The notes under the pieces were generated by a model that worked only from the letters and a program-made list of their open reading frames with translations, did not search any database and was not told where the DNA came from. A program made the position numbers and the translations under genes. DNA of 64,000 nt from contig JAAOYA010000008.1 in the NCBI GenBank assembly GCA_018221105.1, positions 1 through 64,000 on the forward strand, read 5' to 3'. The stretch is from Candidatus Woesearchaeota archaeon. GTDB taxonomy: Archaea > Nanobdellota > Nanobdellia > Woesearchaeales > JAAOYA01. Positions 57,167 to 64,000 of this stretch are shown here, piece after piece. Positions within the stretch are counted from its first letter, which is position 1; each line of letters begins with the position of its first letter.

Positions 57167-57586
57167 TTATTTTTTATCATGTCTATAAAATGGCATTCTA
57201 TTCTTAATACTTGGTAGGTAAACGTGAAATGGAACAGTACCGCGTAATAACCCGTCAAAAAAACGTTCTAATATACTAAAATATTCTTCTACATTTTCTG
57301 ATTCTAGATTTGTTAGAAAACTTTCAAAAAGTGTTTTTGAAGCTCTCTCAACAGTACTTTTGGCACATAATGCTTCTAGCATCCAATCGTCAACACTACT
57401 AACAGTTGCATAGGAAGCTTTAATATTTGGTAAACAGTACCTATGGCTTTCTCTAATGTAACCTAAATCTTCGAGTTGTGTAATGGCTTCTATCCTGTCA
57501 GTTGCAGTAGCAACTAATAAATTTTTAAAACCATCAACGCCAAACTCATTATTTACACTATCAACTATTTTTCCAGCTTGTGACAT
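57167..57586 (-). CDS. Hypothetical protein
   Basis: ORF with TATA upstream. Confidence 0.55.
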   Translation of the reverse strand: MSQAGKIVDSVNNEFGVDGFKNLLVATATDRIEAITQLEDLGYIRESHRYCLPNIKASYATVSSVDDWMLEALCAKSTVERASKTLFESFLTNLESENVEEYFSILERFFDGLLRGTVPFHVYLPSIKNRMPFYRHDKK

Positions 57587-57617
57587 TGAAAATTGGAAAG
57601 AAAATGTATATAAAAAA

Positions 57618-58511
57618 TTATGTTTTGATTTGTAGTCCTTCTATCAGTCCTTGTTTGCTGTTGAACCCGCTTAATAGGTTGAAGACTGTTGGTTGTCTTT
57701 TGTACTCGTAAGTTGTCACAGTGATGTTTAACGTGTCTTCTATTACTTGCAGTACTTCTTGTTGATTGCCTAAAACGTCCACTAGGCCTAGTTCTTTTGC
57801 TTTAGAACCTAAATAAATTCTACCATCAGCCAGTCTATCAACTTGTACGAATGATAAATTCCTATTGGTAGCGACTTCTGCTACAAAATAATCGCGCATT
57901 TCATCAAGTGTTTTCTCTAAGTATAGTCTTTCTGCTGGTGTTAATTCTTTAAATGGTGTGCCCATGTCTTTGAACTCTCCTGAGACAAGTCTTTGATAAG
58001 AAACATTGTACTCTTCTAAAAACTCTGAAAAGTCTAAGTATGAGCCAATGACTCCGATGCTTCCAGTAATTGACAAAGGGCTTGCTACTATAACGTCTGC
58101 TGAGGAGGCTACCCAGTATCCGCCGCTGGCGCCGACTTCTCGAATCCACGCGACTGTTAACTTGTCACTTTTTGCAATTGCGCGAGCAATCTCTTCACTA
58201 GCAACCGCTGTGCCGCCAGGACTATTAATTTTTAGAATAATCGCTTCGACTTTAGGGTTCTCATTAGCATCATTTAAGAATTTTAGGACTTCATCAGCAC
58301 TGCCAACTGATAGTCCTTGACCGTCAGAGATGACTCCCTCTATTGGTATTATTGCTGTGTTGCCAGTCTCGCCCCAAATGCTTTCAATAGTTGACGCGAT
58401 AAACATTGCAAATATTGATAGTATTATCAAAAATATTATTGTAAAGCGTAGCGGCCTGATTGTTTGAGGTTTTAATATTATGTTTTGTTTTTTAACCATT
58501 AACGTCACCAA
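57618..58511 (-). CDS. sppA: Signal peptide peptidase SppA (S49)
   Basis: INSPGG, ASGGY, TGSIGV, SGEFKD. Confidence 0.92.
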   Translation of the reverse strand: MVTLMVKKQNIILKPQTIRPLRFTIIFLIILSIFAMFIASTIESIWGETGNTAIIPIEGVISDGQGLSVGSADEVLKFLNDANENPKVEAIILKINSPGGTAVASEEIARAIAKSDKLTVAWIREVGASGGYWVASSADVIVASPLSITGSIGVIGSYLDFSEFLEEYNVSYQRLVSGEFKDMGTPFKELTPAERLYLEKTLDEMRDYFVAEVATNRNLSFVQVDRLADGRIYLGSKAKELGLVDVLGNQQEVLQVIEDTLNITVTTYEYKRQPTVFNLLSGFNSKQGLIEGLQIKT

Positions 58512-58977
58512 TATCTAAATTGTCAAAAATTTTTATTTCTTTGTCAACATGTAATAATCGTGTTTTGGATAATATGTTTGATAATGTCTTATTTTTTAAA
58601 ACTATCGCGATTGGATCAATAAACCATAGTATTATGAAAGGAAATATTGGTATTAAAAAAAGGTTTGCCATAACACACGATAAAAAACCGTTGTGCTCTT
58701 GTACTGTTTTGGTTATCATTTTTCCTGGTGTTTGCCCTAAATAATATTCTAATATTGTAAAGTATAAAAAGAAAAATAAGAACAGTACCAAGCTGACAAA
58801 CTGTATTTTAAAAGTTGCCAGTGACTCTTGTGTTATTACCATCATGCGCGATGGTGCAAGGCTTTCAAATAAACTGCTAAAGGGCACTCCTACAACAAAC
58901 CATAATATTATCATGTCAATAATAAACGCTGATAAACGTCGCATTGGCGTTGCCTCAAAAACTAGTCTTTTAGCCAT
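58492..58977 (-). CDS. RDD family membrane protein
   Basis: RRLSAFIID, GQTPGK. Confidence 0.8.
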   Translation of the reverse strand: MAKRLVFEATPMRRLSAFIIDMIILWFVVGVPFSSLFESLAPSRMMVITQESLATFKIQFVSLVLFLFFFLYFTILEYYLGQTPGKMITKTVQEHNGFLSCVMANLFLIPIFPFIILWFIDPIAIVLKNKTLSNILSKTRLLHVDKEIKIFDNLDIGDVNG

Positions 58978-59066
58978 TATTTTCTAAAAGTGTTTTAATT
59001 ATTTTTATAGTTAATTGTTAGTTGCGGGAATAGTTTTATAAATACTCGGCGGTTTTGCACGTTTTG

Positions 59067-59411
59067 ATGAAGAAAAAGCCACAACCACAATTGAGTGCTG
59101 AAGAGCAAGCAGCAATGCTGCGCCGCACTCGCATTCCTAAAGAACCTGAGAGTTTTGGTGTTATTGACCAACGTCTTGGCGGTAATCGCATGAGAGTTCG
59201 CTGTTTAGATGGCAAAACACGCATTTGTCGTATTCCAGGAAGATTAAAGCGCAGGTTGTGGGTTCGAGAAGGCGATATTGTTATAGTGGAGCCTTGGGAG
59301 TATGGCGGTGACGCAAAAGGCGATATTGTGTTCAAATATCGCCCTATACAAGTTGATTATTTAAGAAAAAAGGGTCTTTTAAAGCAACTTGACGACTTCG
59401 AAGAATTCTAA
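59067..59411 (+). CDS. eif1a: Translation initiation factor aIF-1A
   Basis: LGGNRMRVRCLDGKTRICRIPGRLKRRLWVREGDIVIVEPW. Confidence 0.96.
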   Translation: MKKKPQPQLSAEEQAAMLRRTRIPKEPESFGVIDQRLGGNRMRVRCLDGKTRICRIPGRLKRRLWVREGDIVIVEPWEYGGDAKGDIVFKYRPIQVDYLRKKGLLKQLDDFEEF

Positions 59412-59465
59412 ATTCACCACTATAAAATAGAAACATTTTTATATAGTTTTTCTTGACATCACGTC

Positions 59466-60140
59466 ATGAAGCGCGAAATCACAACAAAAATTTCTATGCT
59501 AGCAAGCCTAATACTAATTTTAGTGCTACTATCAAAACTAAACAATTTCGACTTCATAATACAAGCAGTGCTACTAACAGGACTAATAGTATTAAGTTCT
59601 TTAGCACTAGCACTCGACAAAAGCAAAGAACAAACAATAATGCAAACACTATTTTTTAGTGCGGTAATCGCCAACAGCAACTACTTTTACTTCAAAAACC
59701 CAACACTACTAGTACCACTACTAACACTAATAGCATCAATAGGACTAGTAATAACACTAACAGAAAAGAAAAAAAGTTTAGTGCTGCCACCACAGCTGCC
59801 AGAACTGCCAGAAAACCTAGAAGTAGAAACAACAATCACAGAACCAGCATACATTGTTGAAAACTACAAACCATCAAAACTACAAGTTTACAACGCAAGA
59901 AAAAAAACAGCAAAGAAAACTGTTAAAAGAAAAGCTACTAAGAAAAAAGTTGTTAAGAAAACCGTTAGCAAAACTTACAAACCAGGAAAATACGTAGCGT
60001 CCACTGGCTCTAATGTTTATCATTCTCCAAAATGTTATTGGGCAAAAAAAATAGTAAAACAGCGCAGAACATGGTTTGACACAGAAGCACAAGCACAAAG
60101 ACATGGTTTTAAAAAACACAGTTGCCTAAAAAAGAAATAA
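59466..60140 (+). CDS. Membrane protein with Lys-rich linker and C-terminal Ada-like metal-binding domain
   Basis: About four hydrophobic helices, then YVAS...VYHSPKC...EAQAQRHGFKKHSC. Confidence 0.7.
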   Translation: MKREITTKISMLASLILILVLLSKLNNFDFIIQAVLLTGLIVLSSLALALDKSKEQTIMQTLFFSAVIANSNYFYFKNPTLLVPLLTLIASIGLVITLTEKKKSLVLPPQLPELPENLEVETTITEPAYIVENYKPSKLQVYNARKKTAKKTVKRKATKKKVVKKTVSKTYKPGKYVASTGSNVYHSPKCYWAKKIVKQRRTWFDTEAQAQRHGFKKHSCLKKK

Positions 60141-60141
60141 A

Positions 60142-60729
60142 ATGTTAACGCGCAAAGAAAAAAGACTTCTAAAAGAAAGCACAGCTGCTTGTAAAATGGC
60201 CGCTCTTTGTTATGACAATAATCCAGAATTATCAGCAGAATTAATGGGAGAAGCTAACAGAGCAGCCAATACTATTAGAGCACAAGTCAGAGGTGAACCT
60301 ACAGCAATTCAATCTCACCAAAATCATTTAGAAGAACGCACAAGACTACAACAACCTTACGCATCAAAAAATCATTCAATGTTAGAAGAAGCTAGTATGT
60401 CAGAGCAAAAAGCAATATTTGCAAAAATGAGAAAGCAATTAGGCCTTTACAATCCAGCAATGAATGCACCCTTAGGACATGTATACACAACAATTGTTGA
60501 AGAGTTAGGCATTGAAGATCCTTGCATTGACAATTTCATAGAAGAATTATTACTAGAATTTGAAAATATAGGAGAAAGAACATCCATGGTAAAAGATCCT
60601 AAAGAAAGTATTTCTTTCAGTTCTCTTTGTTATCCTTTAACTAATTGGTTGAGAAAAAGAGAAGAATTCAAAACAATTAGTGATAAAGCCTTTAAAAAAA
60701 TAGAAGCTCAAGCAAAAGGCCATTACTAA
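60142..60729 (+). CDS. Hypothetical protein
   Basis: Operonic ORF. Confidence 0.6.
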   Translation: MLTRKEKRLLKESTAACKMAALCYDNNPELSAELMGEANRAANTIRAQVRGEPTAIQSHQNHLEERTRLQQPYASKNHSMLEEASMSEQKAIFAKMRKQLGLYNPAMNAPLGHVYTTIVEELGIEDPCIDNFIEELLLEFENIGERTSMVKDPKESISFSSLCYPLTNWLRKREEFKTISDKAFKKIEAQAKGHY

Positions 60730-60734
60730 ATGAA

Positions 60735-61154
60735 TTATTTTTTCTTAAAAGCAATCAATATTAACATTATCGCCCCTATAGTAATCGCACTATCTGCAAT
60801 GTTGAACACCGGCCAAACTCTTAAATTAATAAAGTCTATAACATAGCCAAAAAACAATCTGTCAATAAGATTGCCAATCGCTCCAGCAATAATCAACGCT
60901 AGTGGCAATTGATACTTTTTCTCACTAGTCAAAAAAAGCCAAACAAAAACACTCAATAATAACAGCCCGAAAACCAGCAAGAACACGTTATTACCTCTAA
61001 GTAAACTAAAAGCTGCTCCAGTATTTGTAGTGAACGATAAAAAATAATAATTCCACTCGAAAACTCTTGCAAAATATTTTGTTATTTGGTCAAAGAGAAC
61101 AATCACTAAAATCAAAAAAAGGTTTTTTTTACCATGGCTTATCCTTGTTTTCAT
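60735..61154 (-). CDS. lspA: Lipoprotein signal peptidase (signal peptidase II)
   Basis: DQITK, NTGAAFS, GAIGNLIDR, VIDF, VFNIADSAI. Start uncertain; ATG at 61154 chosen. Confidence 0.9.
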   Translation of the reverse strand: MKTRISHGKKNLFLILVIVLFDQITKYFARVFEWNYYFLSFTTNTGAAFSLLRGNNVFLLVFGLLLLSVFVWLFLTSEKKYQLPLALIIAGAIGNLIDRLFFGYVIDFINLRVWPVFNIADSAITIGAIMLILIAFKKK

Positions 61155-61497
61155 TGTGCATTTCTCGCTCAATATTTTCAAGTCGTTGATTAATAGCGTC
61201 AATGTGAGCTCTAATACTATCAAGCTTGCTCAAGACTAATTCTATATCTTTATCTTTAGCGTGAACAGCCCTATCAGCTCCTATTGGCCCAGCATTGAGA
61301 GGGTTTACGCTGACGCCGGGGTCTGTTGGGTTAAAAGGAAGATTTTGTCCTACAGGAGGAAGGCCTTGATTAGGATTGTGACCTATTGGATTGTCAAAGC
61401 CCGTCGGTGCAACGTCTGGCGGTGGAAGATTGCGAGCATCATCTACAGATGGCTCGAATTCATCTTTTTTCTTATCAAAAATTCCAAAAAAACTCAT
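61129..61497 (-). CDS. Hypothetical Pro-rich protein with C-terminal coiled coil
   Basis: DIELVLSKLDSIRAHIDAINQRLENIE. Confidence 0.7.
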   Translation of the reverse strand: MSFFGIFDKKKDEFEPSVDDARNLPPPDVAPTGFDNPIGHNPNQGLPPVGQNLPFNPTDPGVSVNPLNAGPIGADRAVHAKDKDIELVLSKLDSIRAHIDAINQRLENIEREMHNENKDKPW

Positions 61498-61545
61498 TTT
61501 GTTTCACACTCTTTTAATCAATAATTGATGTACTGTTTTAAATGT

Positions 61546-63996
61546 TTAACTAAAAATATTGCTAAAAAAGTTTTTAATCCGCTCAAAAAAACCAACAGTC
61601 GTAGTGTTTTCGCGTCCTGTTTCCTCACCTAAATCAACTATTGCTTTGCCCTCATCAAGGTTTTGGCTTATCACATCACCACTAGTATTATTTATTGTCA
61701 CACTATTTGACGCAGTAGTGTAGACTTCATCACGATAATAATAACTTGCAATTGCTGGCTTTGCTATTAATTGTGCTAGTGGAGTGCTGACTTTGAAACT
61801 GACTGTTTTTTGAGCGTTTGAAAACATTGTAATATTCCAGGATTTTCCAACATCAAAAAGTTCTACGTTTGCACTATCACGTCCAATGTTTTGTACTATG
61901 ATAAAAACTTCGTAAGCATTAGGACTTGTTTTTGTTACTTTTTTAGTTAATAGTATTGCTGGACCGTCAAGTTTGCCTTTCTCTACAGTTACAGCATCAA
62001 GAGATGTCTCATTAGAGTAACCTACATATTCTAATTTGTAATTTGCACTGCTATAATTTATTGTGAAATCACCGATTTGTTTGAATCGAACCCTCTCACC
62101 TTCAATGATTATTTGACTGCGCCCTCCCAAATCACCAATAATTCTTGTTGTCGGACCAATAACATCATAGAATCTTCCAAGAGCATAATCTAATCTTACG
62201 CCTTTAGCAGTTTGATCGCCCTCATTTTCTAAAGTGTAAGGAACTTGATAGATTTTTCCCTGCTCTAACTCTTCATCAATATCACGAGTGATTTTTAGAC
62301 TGGTAGTTGGAATAATGCTATAGTTATAGTTAGGGTCTTCATAGACTACAATCTTGCTCTTTTTTGTCTCAGTAAACAATTCTCCATCATACTCGTATTC
62401 AATAATTGTTTGCACATCATAAGATGTTAATTCTTCAACAAATGGTGCCACAACATAATAAGTGTAAGCTATTTTTGTTTGATCACTAACAATATCGAGC
62501 ACTACCCCAGGCATTCCCTTAATAATCATTCCAATAACTTTGTCTGTGATGTTAACATCTTCTAAGTCAATGTTGCGATTGTTTGTTACTTCAACAAGAA
62601 TTTTCGTGTTATTGCCCGCAGTCATGCGCTCTTCATCAATAGTATGTTTTATTGAAACTTTTTTTGGTGCTATAACATTTACAGACTCTGAAATTTTAGT
62701 AATATAGGGTACTCCAAACCCATCACGATAACTCACTATTGCGCTAAAAGAGTAAACTTTATTGCCAGCGGTTTTTGGCATTGGAAGTTCAATGTCTAAA
62801 ATTTGTGCAAAACTATCAGCTTGCAGTAGTGTTTGGCGATAAGTTGGAAAATACCCTAAAGTGCCATTATAATATACTGTTATGTCATAAAAATCAGTGT
62901 GCTCGTTAGGATTCTCAATCCAAGCGCGAACTTTATAACTTGTTCCTGATTCAATATTGTCCTCTAAGTTTGTTGAAGATATCAATCCCGTAACATTAAC
63001 ATCATAGTCAATAAATTCTTCGCGGTGAACTAATTCTTTATCTTTTTCATACTCGTAAACAAGTTTTACCTGTGCTGGTCCAGTGTGTAATGTTTCAAAA
63101 GTTATATGATAATCTTCCAATTCGCCAGGACTAAAAACTTCGTCATTTATTAGTTTGTAACCAGTAGACTTTTTTAGTCCGCCACCAAAAGTTAAAATTT
63201 TTAAGTTTTCTGGAAAGTGTATTTCAAAGCGAACATCTAATTCTTGATCTTCAAGATTTTCAAAAGTCACGTTAAAAAATGATTCTTCGCCACTTTCAAG
63301 GCGCTCTTTTGGCACAATTGTAGTAATATCAAAAGGGTTTTTTACTGTTAGTTTTTTTGTGCTGCTAAACGTTTCAATCATTTCATAGCCATTAAAATAT
63401 TTTATTTTTGCAACACTATCAAAAATAACTTTTTCTGAAGGCAAGAGTTCATAAGTGCAAATTCTGCTATCGCCTTTTGCAATACTTCCTTGATAGCGCA
63501 CTGTGTGAGCTCCGTAAGTACAGCCTTTGCCGCTTGCACTTTCTACTTTAATGCTTGTTGGAAAATCATCAGTGAAAAGTATGTTATCAGCGTCAGTGTC
63601 TCCAGTGTTTGTGATAGTTGTCGTGACAGTCAATGGCTCGAACAAGAAAACGTTTTCTTTTGTGAACTCGCGCTCTATTGTGGCTGTTGCAATATTGTGA
63701 TAGGCCTTGACTCTTGCTTTGTACTGGTCACGCTCCTCATCATAAGTTAGTGCGTAAGCGCAAACTTTTAGTATTCCTTGTTCTGTACAACGATCAGGGT
63801 AAATAAAGTAAGCGTCAAAATCAGAGCGAAGTGATAGTTTTGAGCCTGCAGGGTCAACGTCTAACGTGAAAAAATCATCTTCTATTTTTATAGTTGAACC
63901 TTCAAAAATAGTCTCGTCAGCTATAAGCTCTGAAGCTATTACTGGAGCACTCATTACTATCAATAGTAGTGCAAGTATTATTGTTTTATTCTTCAT
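61546..63996 (-). CDS. Large exported protein with repeated Ig-like (DUF11/S-layer-like) domains
   Basis: Signal peptide and recurring VTTTITNTG / VTFENL / YTLENEG / IIVQNIG strands. Confidence 0.75.
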   Translation of the reverse strand: MKNKTIILALLLIVMSAPVIASELIADETIFEGSTIKIEDDFFTLDVDPAGSKLSLRSDFDAYFIYPDRCTEQGILKVCAYALTYDEERDQYKARVKAYHNIATATIEREFTKENVFLFEPLTVTTTITNTGDTDADNILFTDDFPTSIKVESASGKGCTYGAHTVRYQGSIAKGDSRICTYELLPSEKVIFDSVAKIKYFNGYEMIETFSSTKKLTVKNPFDITTIVPKERLESGEESFFNVTFENLEDQELDVRFEIHFPENLKILTFGGGLKKSTGYKLINDEVFSPGELEDYHITFETLHTGPAQVKLVYEYEKDKELVHREEFIDYDVNVTGLISSTNLEDNIESGTSYKVRAWIENPNEHTDFYDITVYYNGTLGYFPTYRQTLLQADSFAQILDIELPMPKTAGNKVYSFSAIVSYRDGFGVPYITKISESVNVIAPKKVSIKHTIDEERMTAGNNTKILVEVTNNRNIDLEDVNITDKVIGMIIKGMPGVVLDIVSDQTKIAYTYYVVAPFVEELTSYDVQTIIEYEYDGELFTETKKSKIVVYEDPNYNYSIIPTTSLKITRDIDEELEQGKIYQVPYTLENEGDQTAKGVRLDYALGRFYDVIGPTTRIIGDLGGRSQIIIEGERVRFKQIGDFTINYSSANYKLEYVGYSNETSLDAVTVEKGKLDGPAILLTKKVTKTSPNAYEVFIIVQNIGRDSANVELFDVGKSWNITMFSNAQKTVSFKVSTPLAQLIAKPAIASYYYRDEVYTTASNSVTINNTSGDVISQNLDEGKAIVDLGEETGRENTTTVGFFERIKNFFSNIFS

Positions 63997-64000
63997 CTTC

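Noticed and set aside
61111..61140. Frameshift at the lspA start (out-of-frame ATG before A8 and T7 runs)
   Set aside because: An in-frame ATG at 61154 gives an intact protein. Read data would be needed to claim slippage.
1..64000. tRNA, rRNA, transposase or integrase genes, and the many 60-150 aa antisense ORFs in the track
   Set aside because: No RNA gene or mobility gene was recognised by eye (tRNAscan/Infernal not run). The antisense ORFs overlap well-supported genes and lack motifs.

Overview
Archaeal chromosome segment (SRP54, aIF-1A, archaeal-type IleRS, BRE/TATA promoters). Gene content suggests a DPANN lineage such as Woesearchaeota; this is inference. The main feature (1273-17063) is a greatly expanded His-Xaa-Ser (Hxs) peptide-modification locus made of two convergent operons. 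The minus-strand operon runs A24 prepilin peptidase, two HxsD-like genes, HxsB radical SAM/SPASM, a 108-aa precursor ending (HGS)5-HNS, and a Cys-repeat membrane protein. The plus-strand operon has eight more radical SAM genes (HxsC-like, one fused to a HemN-like domain, one to a DUF483-like domain, one cobalamin-binding) and a cysteine desulfurase. The precursor leader resembles a Flp/type IV prepilin cleavage site (FLTREEG|KISKE), which may explain the co-encoded peptidase. Also present: a truncated secreted Cys-rich repeat protein, two degenerate HIT proteins, housekeeping genes, a glycogen cluster, a probable defence island (RHH regulator, C5 methyltransferase, Vsr, nuclease-like protein, GHKL ATPase operon), three small ORFs missed by the ORF track, and two intergenic stem-loops sharing CACCCCTCC. 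No rRNA, tRNA, CRISPR array or transposase was recognised. Family calls come from motif recognition by eye, not from database searches.
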